In this document: piece after piece, positions 8,052 through 19,935 of the stretch
Position numbering within the stretch: the first letter of the stretch is position 1
Layout of the letters: the number at the start of each line of letters is the position of its first letter
Virus record (IMG/VR): IMGVR_UViG_3300036806_000149
Coordinates: 1 to 64,000 of that record
Origin: a virus
Strand: one strand, 5' to 3'
Length of the DNA stretch: 64,000 bases
Position numbers and translations under genes: made by a program
The notes under the pieces: model-generated
Seen by the model: only the letters and a program-made list of their open reading frames with translations
The model's database searches: none
Told to the model about the DNA's origin: nothing

Positions 8052-10989
8052 GTTCCCGCCTGGCGACGTAACCGTCGTTGACGACTTCAACCGCGCCGAT
8101 GGGGCGGTGGCCGCCGGAGCCGGCGCGGCCACGTGGGGCTCGGGCTTTGTCGGCGGCGACGCCTCCGCGCTGGTGGTCTCGGGCAACGCCATGTCGGTCA
8201 GCGTCAACGACGGCGGCGGGAGCACGGTCGAGAGCCTGGGCGACTTCATCCGGATCTTCACGCTGGCGGCGAGTTCCGGCGGCTACGTGGCCTTCGGCTG
8301 GCGACTGCAAAGCGGCGGCACGTCGAGCTGGACCTCCTACGGGTTCGTCGCCCAGGGCACCACCTGGACGCTGCGCCGGTATGAGACCGACCGCTCGATC
8401 ACCACCCTGGGCTCGGTCGATGTGGGGTCCTCGCCCAGCCCCGCCAACAAGTTCGGGATCTACGCCCACGGGGATACCCACGAGGTCTGGTTCTTCAGCG
8501 GCGGCACCTGGGGATCTGCGCCGCTGATCACCTTCACCGACACCGACGTGCGCAAGATCAGCGCGGCCGGAGCCTGCTGGTTTGAGCTGTCCAACGCCTC
8601 CTGGAAGATCGAGGACTACTCGTCGGGCTCGCTGACCGCGCCCACCACGCCGGTCACGATCTACGTCGATCCCGACAGCGCGGGGGCGACCGACACCAAC
8701 TCGCGCGTCGGAGCTTCCAATCCATCTACGCCGTTCCTGACGCTCAACGCCGCCTGCAACGTGGCCCGTGCGGACACGACGTGGGCCGACACGATCCTGG
8801 TCAAGCGCTCGACCCTGGGCCACGCCTGGCCGGGCGCGACCGACCCCAACATGCAGCCCCAGCTCGACAACCGCTTCACCAACCGGGCCGACGACGCGCC
8901 GGGGTGGCTGTTCCGGCTCAACGGGGGCAATCAGCCGATCACGGTCAAGGGCGAAATTTCGCTGACGTCGCGAGCCGATGTGGTCGCCGCCGGCGGCACG
9001 AGCGCGCTCCCGAAGCTCTACCGGATGATGTGGCGGGGCCTGACCAACTGGTCCTTCGAGGGATTCCAGATCGGCTACGACGTGAGCAGCGACGCCGCGC
9101 GCCTCGCCGGCACCGGCCACGACTTCTCGACGCTGGGCGCGTGGGAGCGCTCGACCGACATCACGATCAAGCGCTGCTACTTCACCGGCGGCGCGGGCAT
9201 CCCGCAGTGGTGGGCGGGGGAGTTTCGCTTCGAGCAGAACGTCGTCCACTCCCCGCTGCCGCCCGATGGGGGCAACCCCGGCTTCCACGACGGCGCGGGG
9301 CTGCGGATGGAGCGCCTGCCGGGCGACAACCTCGGCGGCCAGAGCGTCGGCAATCTGGTCGTGCTCGACAACGAGTTCTCCAACATCCGGGGCGACGACG
9401 GCTGCACGTTCGGGGGCACGCTGCCCGATGATCCTCAGTGGACCACCCAGAGCTTCACGATCGAGGACAACCTGTTCAAGGACGCCACCGAGGGGGCCAA
9501 CCCGAACTTCCACACCGACGCCATCCAGGTATTGAGTTGCAACAACGTAGGCATTCGCCGGAATGTTTTCATCGGGTGCTCGGACGCGATCATCTGCTCC
9601 GACGGCGAGAACGGATTGGTGGAGTTCGAGAACAATCTCGTCGTCGGCGGGGGCTCACAGCTCCAAATCCAAGGCTGCCAGACGCTGAAGATCCGTCACA
9701 ACACGCTGTTTCCGACCTCGCCCGACAAGACGGCGACGATCATGTTCTACACCCGGGCGATCCTGTCCCAGCCGACGCTGCTGACGATGGAGAACAACGT
9801 GCTCGGCGGCGTGTGGTTTCGCGACGGAAGTTGGGCGTCGATGTTTCGCACGGGCAGCGTGGTCAGAAACAACGCGGCCATCACCCAGGCCGGCCAGAGC
9901 ACGCCGTGGGGCTCAAATCTTTCCGGCATTCCGGAGTTCGGTCACAGCGCGCGGCTGGACACGATTCCCAACGACACCGTGCTGCAAGGCGTGCTGCCGC
10001 GCACCTGGGAGCTGGCCAACTCGCCGATCGCGTCTCCGGGCATCGGACAGGGAGTGGCCTCGGACATCATCTCCGACCGCCTGGGTCGGGCATACACCAC
10101 CCCGCCGGACATCGGCTGTCACCAGTCTTCGCCGAGCACGCCGGTCACGCCGATCGACCGGCCGCCCTACCTCTCGTCGCTGTCGCCCGACGACGGCTCA
10201 GTCGAGGTCTCCAGGGACGTCAACGTGGTAGCGGTGCTCTACCCCAAGCCGGGAGAGACGATCGACCCGGCGACCGTCAGCGCCACCTCGTTCTTCGTCG
10301 TCGATCCCCACGGCGTCCACTTGCCCGGCTCGATCACCCTCAACCAAGCCACGGGCACGCTCACCTTGGACGTGGACGGCCCATTGTTCCCCTACGTGGT
10401 CTACACGGGGCATCTGACTCAGGTGATCGCGGACACCCACGGCAGCACCCTGGACCACGAAATCATCTGGACGTTCCGGGTCAGCGGATCTTTCCCGGCC
10501 CCCGGCGTGGGCGAACCGAGCAGCAACGGGGGTTCCGGGCGCTCGGTGGAGTTGGACATCGAGTCCGTCGAACTTCCGATCAACGTGGAAGTGACCCCCG
10601 TGGCCACCACCGTCATCGAGGTCGCTCCGCCGGCCGAGATCGAGATCGAGGCCGTCATGCAACCGAATGTTTCCATCGCTGCCGCTCCTCGCGCCGTGAC
10701 CGACGTCGAGGTGGCCAGAGCCCAGATCGAGATGCAGATCGATACGGCGATGGCCGGGCCGGCCGGGCCTCCGGGGCCGGCGGGACCGTTGGGGCCACTG
10801 GGACACGTCGAGGTCTACGAGCAGCCCGATGACCCCGGCGCGGTCAACGAGGGCTCGCTGTGGATCGAGACCGATGAGTTCCTGACTCCCGGCAGCGGCG
10901 GAGATGGAGGCGGTGGCGGCGACATCGACGGAGGGGCTCCCGACTCGGTATACGGCGGCACACCGCTGATCGACGGGGGTGGCGTCTGA
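8035..10989 (+). CDS. Tailspike-like protein: lectin-like N-domain, right-handed beta-helix, Ig-like (Big_5) domain, short collagen
   Basis: DDFNRADG; parallel beta-helix repeats (IEDNLF, IRRNVF, IRHNTL); [14 protein letters not shown]...IDPATV. Confidence 0.75.
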   Translation: MSPGPEFPPGDVTVVDDFNRADGAVAAGAGAATWGSGFVGGDASALVVSGNAMSVSVNDGGGSTVESLGDFIRIFTLAASSGGYVAFGWRLQSGGTSSWTSYGFVAQGTTWTLRRYETDRSITTLGSVDVGSSPSPANKFGIYAHGDTHEVWFFSGGTWGSAPLITFTDTDVRKISAAGACWFELSNASWKIEDYSSGSLTAPTTPVTIYVDPDSAGATDTNSRVGASNPSTPFLTLNAACNVARADTTWADTILVKRSTLGHAWPGATDPNMQPQLDNRFTNRADDAPGWLFRLNGGNQPITVKGEISLTSRADVVAAGGTSALPKLYRMMWRGLTNWSFEGFQIGYDVSSDAARLAGTGHDFSTLGAWERSTDITIKRCYFTGGAGIPQWWAGEFRFEQNVVHSPLPPDGGNPGFHDGAGLRMERLPGDNLGGQSVGNLVVLDNEFSNIRGDDGCTFGGTLPDDPQWTTQSFTIEDNLFKDATEGANPNFHTDAIQVLSCNNVGIRRNVFIGCSDAIICSDGENGLVEFENNLVVGGGSQLQIQGCQTLKIRHNTLFPTSPDKTATIMFYTRAILSQPTLLTMENNVLGGVWFRDGSWASMFRTGSVVRNNAAITQAGQSTPWGSNLSGIPEFGHSARLDTIPNDTVLQGVLPRTWELANSPIASPGIGQGVASDIISDRLGRAYTTPPDIGCHQSSPSTPVTPIDRPPYLSSLSPDDGSVEVSRDVNVVAVLYPKPGETIDPATVSATSFFVVDPHGVHLPGSITLNQATGTLTLDVDGPLFPYVVYTGHLTQVIADTHGSTLDHEIIWTFRVSGSFPAPGVGEPSSNGGSGRSVELDIESVELPINVEVTPVATTVIEVAPPAEIEIEAVMQPNVSIAAAPRAVTDVEVARAQIEMQIDTAMAGPAGPPGPAGPLGPLGHVEVYEQPDDPGAVNEGSLWIETDEFLTPGSGGDGGGGGDIDGGAPDSVYGGTPLIDGGGV

Positions 10990-13334
10990 TGTGCGCCCAG
11001 GTCATCCAGATCCGACGCGGTACCGCTGCGCAGTGGACGAGCGCGAACCCGATCCTGGCCACCGGCGAGCTGGGCGTCGAGCTGAGTACTCCAAACAAGT
11101 TCAAGGTCGGCGACGGTACGACCGCCTGGTCATCACTGGCCTACTCGACGGGACCGGCGGGACCCACCGGAATCACCGGAGCCACGGGAGCTACCGGAGC
11201 CACCGGACCCACGGGGTCTGCCGGAGCGACGGGGCCAGCGGGTCCCACGGGTCCTCTGGGTCCGGGCTTCATCTGGCGGGGTGTGTGGGACTTCGCCACC
11301 GCCTATCACGTCAACGACATCGTGGCTTACGGCGGAGCCGCTTGGATCGCGCTCACCAACAACACCAACTCGACCTGCCCCGACCACCCCGCCGACTGGG
11401 CGCTGTTCGTAGACAAGGGCCAGCCCGGCGATACCGGGCCGACTGGCGCAACTGGATCGACGGGCGCGACTGGATCGACGGGCGCGACTGGTCCTACTGG
11501 TCCTGCCGGAACAACCGGCGCAACTGGCCCGACAGGCGCGACTGGCCCCCAAGGCCCAGCAGGCACGGGTGGGGGCACGACGTACTACGTCTCCAACTCG
11601 GGCTCGAACTCCAACGACGGCAAGAGCAGCGGAGCACCGTGGCAGACGGTGGCCAAGGTCAACGGCTCGACGTTCTCACCGGGCGACCAGATCCTGTTCA
11701 ACTCGGGCCAGACGTTCTCCGACGTCGCGCTCGCGCCACCCAGCTCGGGCACCGATGGAGCACCGATCCACTTCGGGACCTACGGCACCGCCGGCAACGC
11801 TGTGCTCAGCAAGGGCATCTTCTATCTCGACCAGCACTGGCTCGCGTTCGAGTCGCTGACCGTCACTGGAGCCGGCGCGGGCGTCAACCCGTTCCAGGCG
11901 GGTAACAACAGCGGCCACTACGGCCACCATGGAACGATCCGCCGCTGCCTGTTTGACAACGGGGCGACATCGACCACCGGCGTGGTCGGGATCGTCGTCT
12001 ACGGCGACGACTGGGAGATCGAGAGCAGCACCATCCAGAACACCGGCGACAACGGGCTCTACCTCGTCGGTGACAGTCACCGGGTGCGCCGCAACCTGAT
12101 CCAGAACACCGGCCTGAACACCACCATCGGGTCCTCGCGCCACGGGGTCTACTCGCTGGCCTCCAACGCCGAGTACGCCGACAACACGATCTACAACTCC
12201 AGCACCGACGGCCTCTCGATCCGCTATCGCAACACCGTCGTGCGCGGCAACACGATCGTCGGCTGCCAGATCGGGATCGCGTGGTTCCAGATCGATACGG
12301 TCGCCGGCACCAGCGACTGGATCGACAACTACATCGCCGCCTACTCGGTCGCCGGGATCTACGTGTCGGCGTCCGACACCGGCGGCAACACGGTCGAAAG
12401 TTTCGTGATCGCCCGCAACTCGATCCCGTTCGTGTTCGGGTCCGTGGCGATGGACCTCAATCCGCTGAGCGGCAACGGGACCTACTACATCAGCGGGCCG
12501 GGTCAGAACCTGGTGACCAATCCGAGCTTCGAGACCGATACGTCTGGCTGGGTGACGACCGGCGGGCCGCTGGCCTCGGGGGCGACGCTGACCCGCGTCG
12601 CGCGCACGGTCGCGTTCCCGGCCACGGCACCGAAGTTCGCCTCAGACGGTGGCGGGTTTGAGGGCAGAGTCGTCACGACTGCGGTCGCCTCCGAAGGCAC
12701 GGCGGTCACGTTCAGCTCGCTGCCGGTGGGCAACTACGTGCTCGTGGCGTGGGTGCGCGGCAACGCCGGCGGCGAGACGGTGACGGCGACCGGCGGCACC
12801 GGGGGGACCGGCAACAAGTCGCGCAACTACACACTGACCACCGGCTACACGCAGGTCGTGCTGCCGTTCTCCGTCCAGGACTCCAGCAGCGTCTACGTCG
12901 GGATCATCACCCAGTCGGCGACGATCCGCACGTTCTTTCTCGATACCGCCCAGATCTATGCGATCGGCGGAACCAAGGGCGACAAGGGCGACACCGGGGC
13001 CACCGGACCTACCGGGCCTGCTCCGACTACGATCGCCACCACCCAGCAGGCGGGGGCGTACACGTTCGCGCTGACCGACGCCGGAACGGCCGTGGAGGGC
13101 ACCAGCGCCACCGCGCAGACGTTCACGGTCCCGCCGAACTCATCGGTCGCGTTTGCGGTCGGCACCTTGATCGAGGTGCTCCAGTACGGCGCGGGTCAGG
13201 TCACGATCGCGCCGGGGTCAGGCGTGACGCTGCGCTCAGACGGGGCGAAGCTCAAGACGGCGGCGCAATACGCGACGATCGGGCTGCGTCAGCGAGCCGC
13301 GAACGAGTGGGTCGTCTCGGGTGACCTCGCGTGA
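10989..13334 (+). CDS. Tail fibre: Mtd_N-like N-terminus, collagen GXT repeats, beta-helix, CBM-like domain
   Basis: [38 protein letters not shown]; (GAT/GPT)n; [11 protein letters not shown]. Confidence 0.85.
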   Translation: MCAQVIQIRRGTAAQWTSANPILATGELGVELSTPNKFKVGDGTTAWSSLAYSTGPAGPTGITGATGATGATGPTGSAGATGPAGPTGPLGPGFIWRGVWDFATAYHVNDIVAYGGAAWIALTNNTNSTCPDHPADWALFVDKGQPGDTGPTGATGSTGATGSTGATGPTGPAGTTGATGPTGATGPQGPAGTGGGTTYYVSNSGSNSNDGKSSGAPWQTVAKVNGSTFSPGDQILFNSGQTFSDVALAPPSSGTDGAPIHFGTYGTAGNAVLSKGIFYLDQHWLAFESLTVTGAGAGVNPFQAGNNSGHYGHHGTIRRCLFDNGATSTTGVVGIVVYGDDWEIESSTIQNTGDNGLYLVGDSHRVRRNLIQNTGLNTTIGSSRHGVYSLASNAEYADNTIYNSSTDGLSIRYRNTVVRGNTIVGCQIGIAWFQIDTVAGTSDWIDNYIAAYSVAGIYVSASDTGGNTVESFVIARNSIPFVFGSVAMDLNPLSGNGTYYISGPGQNLVTNPSFETDTSGWVTTGGPLASGATLTRVARTVAFPATAPKFASDGGGFEGRVVTTAVASEGTAVTFSSLPVGNYVLVAWVRGNAGGETVTATGGTGGTGNKSRNYTLTTGYTQVVLPFSVQDSSSVYVGIITQSATIRTFFLDTAQIYAIGGTKGDKGDTGATGPTGPAPTTIATTQQAGAYTFALTDAGTAVEGTSATAQTFTVPPNSSVAFAVGTLIEVLQYGAGQVTIAPGSGVTLRSDGAKLKTAAQYATIGLRQRAANEWVVSGDLA

Positions 13335-13951
13335 CCACAGTCGCTCGTCGCCGCACCTACGCTCCGCACCCCGTCGTCAGCGGCGCTTTCCCCTTCGGCG
13401 CACTGCTCGACGATGCCAACCGCGCCAACGTGAGCCCCGCCGGAGCGCCCTGGACTACCGGCATCAACTCCGCCACGGTCGGCCTCAAGGTCGTCTCTAA
13501 CCAGCTCGCCCAGGTATCGGGCAGCTTCACCAACGCCGCCATCCCCGGCCCCTATGGTCCCGACGTCGATGTATGGGTGCAAGTCCCGGTGCTGCCCACA
13601 TCCGGCTATGTATTCCTCAGCGCTCGAATGCTCACTCCGACCTCCAACTGGAATGGCTACGGCCTCGTATGGATTCCCGGGGCCACTCAGGACCAGTACA
13701 TCCTGCGCCGGTACACGAACGCCACTCCGACGTTGCTCCTAAACGCCGGCATCGGCAAGGTCGCCGCCGGCGGATGGATCGGAATGCGGGTCAAGGGCAG
13801 CACGATCACCGCCTATAGCTCGGCGGACGGCAGCACCTGGGTTCAGCAGAACCTGGTCACCGACTCCACCTATACGGCGGCTGGAGCGATCGGGATGGAG
13901 CTGGGCGATGCCACCGTCCGGGCCGACAACTTCAGCGCCGGTACGACATGA
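13331..13951 (+). CDS. Concanavalin/lectin-like virion protein
   Basis: Similar to the N-domain of the 8035 protein (DDANRAN, GYG, LRRY, TDSTYT..GAIG). Confidence 0.65.
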   Translation: MTTVARRRTYAPHPVVSGAFPFGALLDDANRANVSPAGAPWTTGINSATVGLKVVSNQLAQVSGSFTNAAIPGPYGPDVDVWVQVPVLPTSGYVFLSARMLTPTSNWNGYGLVWIPGATQDQYILRRYTNATPTLLLNAGIGKVAAGGWIGMRVKGSTITAYSSADGSTWVQQNLVTDSTYTAAGAIGMELGDATVRADNFSAGTT

Positions 13952-14256
13952 GCGACGTCCATCCGATCAGGCTGCGCACCGCAACCGGTTGGACCGACGT
14001 CACGATCATGGGTCCGCAGGGGCTGCCGGGGCCTCCGGGACCGCCGGGTCCAGCGGGAGGAGATCTCACCTTCGTGTTCACGCAGAACTCGGCGGCCACG
14101 AGCTGGCTGGTGGTCCACAACCTGGGAAAGTTTCCGGCCGTCCAAGTGGTTGACACCGGAAACAACATGATCGTACCCAATGTCCACTACATCGACGTCA
14201 ACAGCCTCCAGATCAACTTTGCAGCCGCGACTTCGGGGAAGGCGTACCTAAACTAA
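13948..14256 (+). CDS. Small virion protein with collagen triplets
   Basis: GPQGLPGPPGPPGP; WLVVHNLGKFPAVQVVD motif. Confidence 0.75.
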   Translation: MSDVHPIRLRTATGWTDVTIMGPQGLPGPPGPPGPAGGDLTFVFTQNSAATSWLVVHNLGKFPAVQVVDTGNNMIVPNVHYIDVNSLQINFAAATSGKAYLN

Positions 14257-15591
14257 ATGCCCGCACTTGGGATGCACCTCAACTTCGGGCAACTCGAAGC
14301 CCGAAACATGACTGTTCACAACCTGGGGACAGCACCAGCGGCTCCGATCAAGGGCCAGATGTATTTCGACACTGTCTCCAACACGTTGATGTGGTACGAC
14401 GGCACCACCTGGCAGTCAGCCAAGGGTGGAGTCGGCACACCGCCGGATGCGACCGCTGGCGTCAAGGGTGTCGTCCAGCTCGCCGGCGATCTTTCCGGCA
14501 CCGCCGCCGCGCCTACCGTGGCCGCCCTAGCAATCACTGACGCTAAGGTCGCTGCCGCCAACAAGGACGGTGCTAGTGGTACCCCGTCGATGCGTACGCT
14601 CGGGCTCACGGCCGCAAAAGCGATGCCGGGGAACACCACGATCGACCAGATCAATGTGCCGGTTACGCCGCTGTGGATGAACGGCCAGAAGATCCAGTCG
14701 CTGGCCGATCCCGCGACTGCTCAGGAAGCGGCCACCAAGAACTACGTCGATACCGTGGCTCAGGGACTCGATGCCAAAGCGTCGGTCAGGGCAGCTACCA
14801 CCGCCAACATCACGAACCTGGCCGGCGGCGCTCCGAGCACGCTCGACGGGGTGACGTTGGCGGCCAATGATCGAGTGCTGGTCAAGGACCAGACCACCCA
14901 GAGCGCCAACGGCCTCTACACCGTGACCACGCTGGGCACGGGCGCGAACGGGACCTGGACGCGCGCCACCGACGCCGACGCCTGGACCGAGCTGCCGGGG
15001 GCCTACACGTTCGTCGAGCAGGGCACCGCCCAGGCCGACAGCGGCTGGGTCTGCACCGCCGATCAGGGTGGCACGCTGGGCACGACAGCGATCACTTGGA
15101 CGCAGTTCTCCGGAGCGGGCTCAATCACCGCTGGGAACGCGCTGAGCAAGACCGGCAACCGGCTGGACGTCCTCCCCGACAACTCCTCGCTCGACATCGC
15201 GGCCAACAACCTCGAAGTCAAGCTTGGCGGCATCAGTAGCGGGCATCTCGGCTCGGGCTGTGTGGATCTCGGGACCAGCACGGTCACCGGCCAACTACCC
15301 GTCAACCGGGGCGGGACCGGCCAGGCCACCGCCAAGACAGCGCGTGAGACGGGCCTCGGAGCCGCTGGCTACTACTCCAACAGCGCCACCCACGGGGCCG
15401 GGACCACGATCACCATCACCCAGGCCACGCACGGGTTGCGGGCCAGCCGCGCGATCCACGTCCAGGTCCAGGACAACACCACTGGCAACGTCGAGCTGCC
15501 CGATATCTCGGTGGCCGCCAACGGCGACGTGACCGTCACCTACGCCGCCTCCGTCGCTGCCAACTCCCGTCTCGTCACGCTGGTTGGCTGA
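14257..15591 (+). CDS. Head decoration/tail fibre protein
   Basis: LADPATAQEAATKNYVD, VRAATTANI and TLDGVTLAANDRVLVKDQT motifs typical of phage fibres. Confidence 0.8.
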   Translation: MPALGMHLNFGQLEARNMTVHNLGTAPAAPIKGQMYFDTVSNTLMWYDGTTWQSAKGGVGTPPDATAGVKGVVQLAGDLSGTAAAPTVAALAITDAKVAAANKDGASGTPSMRTLGLTAAKAMPGNTTIDQINVPVTPLWMNGQKIQSLADPATAQEAATKNYVDTVAQGLDAKASVRAATTANITNLAGGAPSTLDGVTLAANDRVLVKDQTTQSANGLYTVTTLGTGANGTWTRATDADAWTELPGAYTFVEQGTAQADSGWVCTADQGGTLGTTAITWTQFSGAGSITAGNALSKTGNRLDVLPDNSSLDIAANNLEVKLGGISSGHLGSGCVDLGTSTVTGQLPVNRGGTGQATAKTARETGLGAAGYYSNSATHGAGTTITITQATHGLRASRAIHVQVQDNTTGNVELPDISVAANGDVTVTYAASVAANSRLVTLVG

Positions 15592-18044
15592 TGCCCGAGA
15601 TCCTCGGCCGACTCCGCCCACCTCGCCTCTCCGCAGCACCCACCTCGCCCGCCGTGGGCGAGATGTACTACGACACGGGCACGAACGTCCTGTACTGGTG
15701 GAACGGGACCGCGTGGACGACCAGCGGCGGCGGTGGCACACCAGCGAGCACGGCGTGCGCAAGGGCGTACCGCAACGCTGCCTTATCGCCTTCGACGGGT
15801 TTTACCAAGATTCCGCTCGACACGGTCAGCTATGACACATCAGGACTGGTGAGCACGGCTAACGGGCGCATCAACATCCCTGTCACCGGCTATTACGATG
15901 TCACCGGCTCAATCGACATAAGCGTCGGGGCTGGAAGTTCGGACATTCTGGTATCGATCTTCGTCAATGGCACTGAGCGCGTGCGCGGCGATCGAGCGAC
16001 GACACCCAGCGCCCAGTATGTGTGCCGTGGCGTCGCTGACAAGTTGTCCCTGAACGCTGGTGACTTTGTCGAGATGCACGCGTATTCCTCGGCGCTCGGG
16101 TACACCCTGGTCGATCTTGGTCCTTCGACTAATTATCTGTCGCTAGCACTGCTCACCTCACTGCCCGGCGCGGTAGGGCCGACAACATCAGCCCGCGCCT
16201 ATCGCAACGCGGCGCTGACTACTGGCACGGCAAGCACCTGGACGAAAATTGCAATAGACGCAATTTCGTTCGACCCGGGCGGGAACATGAGTGTTGCCAG
16301 TAGCCGCTATGTGTGTCCCGCCACCGGCTACTACAAGGCAGAAGCGAACTTCAACGTCATTTCCAGCGTATCCGGGCAGCAGGCGTACGCCGGAGTGATG
16401 AAGAACGGCACGGTCGTCACGCAGTCAGGCGGTGGCATTGCTCAAGCGGCCGGTCAGGCGATTGGCGGTGTTGCCTCCGACACAATCCAGTGCAACGCTG
16501 GCGACTACCTGGAGCTTGCCTATTATTGCACCGCTGCGGGGTTGGGGATAACGACTGGGGCACCAAGTACCAACTGGTTCTCGGTCGTCCAGGTCGGCAA
16601 CCTGTCGGCGACACCAGCGAGTACGGCTACAGCAAAGCTGAACCGACGCGCGGCGTGGACCACTGCGACTGGCATCCAGAAGGTGCCGTTCGACACCGTG
16701 GTTTATGACTCGTCGGGGATGACGCAGGTAGCTAACAACCGGATCGTTGCTCCGGTGGCAGGCTACTACCAAGTCAACGGCCAGTTTGAGACTTCGAGCG
16801 CATACAACGCCCGTGTGATCCTGATGGTTTACAAGAACGGTGCGGAGGCCATTCGCGGCTCCGACATATTACCGCCCACCACTTTTGTTGGAGTCACCGT
16901 TTCGGATGTCATTTATTGCAATGCGGGAGACTACCTGGAACTGACGGTGTACGCGGGCGTTGCGATGGCTGCCGACGTTACAGGCATAGGTACGTACCTT
17001 TCTGCCGCACTGCTCACGCCGCTGTCGGGCACGGCAGGCCCGGTCACGCCAGCGCGGGCGTACCGTAATGCGGCATTCACTGTAGTGAATGCTTGGGCGA
17101 AGATTGTCCTTGATTCCGTTGCTAATGATCCTGGTAGTAACGTCAGCCTTGCGAGTAGCCGGTACGTTTGTCCAGCGACGGGCTTCTATCAGGTTGACGG
17201 TTCGGTCATAGGTAGCGGGATTGCTTCTGGCCAATACGCACAGTGCGCGCTTTACAAGAATGGTGCCCTGGCGACGTACGGCAACGCGGGATTGGGCGGG
17301 GGAGCAACGTGCAGCACTAACGTAAGCGACCTGATCCAGTGCAATGCGGGGGATTATCTGGAGTTATGGTGTGCTGCGTCGGCTGGAACATTGACTGGTA
17401 TTGCCGGGGCTGTCGCTACGTTCTTGTCCGTCGTGCAGGTCGGTAACTCGATGAACTTCACGGCGGCGGGCGGGGACCTGGCGGGGACATATCCTAACCC
17501 AAGCGTTGCCCCCGCCTACGTCACCTCGCTCCCCGGGAGCCCGATCGACGGTCAACAGGTCTACTACCTGGCCGACGCCACCAATGGCGTGGTCTGGCAC
17601 CTGCGTTACCGCGCCGCATCAGCCAGCGCCTACAAGTGGGAATACGTAGGCGGGCCGCCGCTGTTCAAGACGATCGATACCGACGAGGCGTTTACGGCAA
17701 GCGCCAACTTCAACAACCCGACGACTGTCGGACCGGACGTAGTGCCACCGCTCAACGGCGACTTTCTGTACCAGATGAGTGCGGGGCTCTACATCGCCAG
17801 CCAGACGACAGGCGGTTCGATGGCCATCGGCCTGTCGATTGCTGGGGCTGCTCCAGTGGCTGTGCATCAGGCCCTCCAATACGCCGTCACGGGGTCTTCG
17901 GCATCGATCGCGAAGAATGGGCTTGTCACCGGCATGGTCGCGGGCAATGCGTTCCGAATCATGTACTTCTCGCCAACGGCGATGGGCGGCACTCCCCACG
18001 CGCGCTTTCGAGCGTTGCAAGTGACCCCGGTTCGAGTTGGCTAG
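15591..18044 (+). CDS. Receptor-binding fibre with four tandem C1q/TNF-like domains
   Basis: Four repeats of ARAYRNAA..K..DTV..P.TGYY.V...NG....NAGD(F/Y)(V/L)E. Confidence 0.75.
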   Translation: MPEILGRLRPPRLSAAPTSPAVGEMYYDTGTNVLYWWNGTAWTTSGGGGTPASTACARAYRNAALSPSTGFTKIPLDTVSYDTSGLVSTANGRINIPVTGYYDVTGSIDISVGAGSSDILVSIFVNGTERVRGDRATTPSAQYVCRGVADKLSLNAGDFVEMHAYSSALGYTLVDLGPSTNYLSLALLTSLPGAVGPTTSARAYRNAALTTGTASTWTKIAIDAISFDPGGNMSVASSRYVCPATGYYKAEANFNVISSVSGQQAYAGVMKNGTVVTQSGGGIAQAAGQAIGGVASDTIQCNAGDYLELAYYCTAAGLGITTGAPSTNWFSVVQVGNLSATPASTATAKLNRRAAWTTATGIQKVPFDTVVYDSSGMTQVANNRIVAPVAGYYQVNGQFETSSAYNARVILMVYKNGAEAIRGSDILPPTTFVGVTVSDVIYCNAGDYLELTVYAGVAMAADVTGIGTYLSAALLTPLSGTAGPVTPARAYRNAAFTVVNAWAKIVLDSVANDPGSNVSLASSRYVCPATGFYQVDGSVIGSGIASGQYAQCALYKNGALATYGNAGLGGGATCSTNVSDLIQCNAGDYLELWCAASAGTLTGIAGAVATFLSVVQVGNSMNFTAAGGDLAGTYPNPSVAPAYVTSLPGSPIDGQQVYYLADATNGVVWHLRYRAASASAYKWEYVGGPPLFKTIDTDEAFTASANFNNPTTVGPDVVPPLNGDFLYQMSAGLYIASQTTGGSMAIGLSIAGAAPVAVHQALQYAVTGSSASIAKNGLVTGMVAGNAFRIMYFSPTAMGGTPHARFRALQVTPVRVG

Positions 18045-18121
18045 AATCTTTCTACGCTGTAGCAGGATCGATTTGGTCGTCATGTTACTCTAGTAATCGT
18101 CACTCAACAGAAAGGATCACC

Positions 18122-18466
18122 ATGATCGATATCGACGAGATGACGCCGCACGAGCTGACCGCCGGCTTGATGCGCGGCGACCGCACCGACATGAGGCTTG
18201 GCTACAGCGCCAAGGCGGCGGCTCTGACCACGGCCGAGCGCAAGCAGCTCTCCCCGGAGCAGTACCGAAAGCTGCTCGAATGGGCACAGGGCTTCCACGA
18301 CGGGATGTATGACGCAATCGCCCACAGCGACCCCGAGGTCGAGCGAGGCCCCTATCGGCCGGCGATGGCCGACAGCACCAACTACATGGAAGGCCGGGTC
18401 ATGGGCCGGGCCGAGAACGGCTTCTTCCTCTATCCGAGCAAGCCAGAGACTGAGACTCAGAAGTAG
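18122..18466 (+). CDS. Hypothetical protein
   Basis: Extended -10 plus AGAAAGGATCACC-ATG. Confidence 0.7.
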   Translation: MIDIDEMTPHELTAGLMRGDRTDMRLGYSAKAAALTTAERKQLSPEQYRKLLEWAQGFHDGMYDAIAHSDPEVERGPYRPAMADSTNYMEGRVMGRAENGFFLYPSKPETETQK

Positions 18467-18556
18467 AATCTTTTGAGTCTCAGTTGACGATCGTGGTAAT
18501 ATCTTAGGAAGAGATCGGCCGGATCTCGACTACCTAATCATCATTAGAAGGGAGGC

Positions 18557-19564
18557 ATGATGCCTGCTGGAATCTACGAGTCGGACTCCATGTTCTCCGT
18601 GCGCGAGATGCCGTGGCACGGGCTCGGAGTGGTACTCGACAAGCATCCCAAGACGATCGAGGAGGCGATCACGGCGGCGGGGCTCGACTGGGAAGTGGCC
18701 CAGTGCCCGGTGGCGGCGATCCTGGACCGCGACGAGGACGGGTCCATGACCGTCGATGAGCTGACCGGTTACATGGCCAACATCCGCTCGGACACCGGCA
18801 AGGCGCTAGGGATCGTCAGCAAGCGCTATCAGCCGGTCCAGAACCGCACCGCGTTCTCATTTCTGGCCGGGATCTTCGGCTCCGAGATGCACTTCGAGAC
18901 GGCCGGGAGCCTGATGGGCGGCCGGCGCGTGTGGGTGCTGATGAAGATCCCCTCATGGATCGAGGTCGGAGGCGACCCGATCGGCCAGTACTCGTTCATC
19001 TCCAACTCCCACGACGGCAAATCCTCGGTGCTGGCCGCCGTGACGCCGGTCCGAATCGTGTGCGCCAACACCGAGGCCGCCGCGCTGCGACTGGCCAAGG
19101 GCGTCCACGCTCAGCGCACCTACACGCTGCGCCATCTCGGCGACATGGACCAGAAGATCGCCGACGCGCGCAACGTGATGCAGGTCACCACCCGCTACTA
19201 CGAGTCCTTCAAGACGGTCGGCGACAAGCTGGCCACCGTGAAGCTCTCCGAGCGCCGGGCCAAGACCTACATCGAGAAGCTGCTCCCGATCGGGGAGGGC
19301 ACCGGCGACCGCGCCGCCCGAAACCGCCAGGAAGCCCGAGACACGGTGCTGCGCATCCTCAAGGGCGAGGGCGAAGGCGGCAACACCTCCGGCAACGCTC
19401 CGGGCACGGTGTGGACTTTCTACAATTCCGCCGTCGAATATGCGGATTGGTACCGCAGCGAGAAGAAGGAAGGCGGCCGATTCCAGCGCGCCCTCGACGA
19501 CCCGGACGGCTTCAAGAACCACGCCTGGGAGTTGAGCCTCGACATGGCGGGGATGCTGAACTGA
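18557..19564 (+). CDS. DUF932 family phage/plasmid protein
   Basis: PWHGLG, AGLDWEV, YQPVQN, FETAGSL.GGRRVW, NSHDG and TPVRIVCANT motifs. Confidence 0.92.
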   Translation: MMPAGIYESDSMFSVREMPWHGLGVVLDKHPKTIEEAITAAGLDWEVAQCPVAAILDRDEDGSMTVDELTGYMANIRSDTGKALGIVSKRYQPVQNRTAFSFLAGIFGSEMHFETAGSLMGGRRVWVLMKIPSWIEVGGDPIGQYSFISNSHDGKSSVLAAVTPVRIVCANTEAAALRLAKGVHAQRTYTLRHLGDMDQKIADARNVMQVTTRYYESFKTVGDKLATVKLSERRAKTYIEKLLPIGEGTGDRAARNRQEARDTVLRILKGEGEGGNTSGNAPGTVWTFYNSAVEYADWYRSEKKEGGRFQRALDDPDGFKNHAWELSLDMAGMLN

Positions 19565-19577
19565 GGGGCGGATAGTG

Positions 19578-19615
19578 GGGGCCGAGCCAGGGTTAGGGGG
19601 GCATGGCTCGGCCCC
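19578..19615 (+). terminator. GC-rich hairpin after the DUF932 gene
   Basis: GGGGCCGAGCCA...TGGCTCGGCCCC, 12-bp stem. Confidence 0.6.
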
Positions 19616-19650
19616 GCTGTCCATCCTGGACACAATAAGATGATACCAAC

Positions 19651-19839
19651 ATAGGCGAGAACCCATTCATCAAACGAGATCAGAGACGCAAGACCCAGCG
19701 TGCGATCTCCCAGCGCAACTACGACGAGCTAGCCCAGCTCCTGGGGCGCTACACCGACGCCGACGACCCTCAAGTTCGCGAGCGCATCCGCCGGCGTACG
19801 ATCGAGGCTCGAAAGATTCTGGAGGAGGACACCCAGTGA
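19651..19839 (+). CDS. Possible 62-aa protein lacking a canonical start
   Basis: Coding-like frame (GENPFIKRDQRRKTQR...ARKILEEDTQ) with an in-frame TAA at 19636 and no ATG/GTG/TTG; ATA 19651 is assumed as start. Confidence 0.4.
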   Translation: MGENPFIKRDQRRKTQRAISQRNYDELAQLLGRYTDADDPQVRERIRRRTIEARKILEEDTQ

Positions 19840-19935
19840 ACAGGCCGCCTTGTTCAAGCGGCCCGCTCTGGAGGTCGGAAGTGTGTCTGCGTCCACTCCC
19901 TCCTCGATCCTACCCGATACCTGGCAGAATCCCGA

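Noticed and set aside
11150-11570. Tandem DNA repeats
   Set aside because: Explained by collagen-like Gly-X-Thr codons in the tail fibre
10989-18044. Diversity-generating retroelement suggested by the Mtd_N-like domain
   Set aside because: No reverse transcriptase and no template/variable repeat pair with adenine-specific differences seen; Mtd_N-like anchors are common in ordinary fibres
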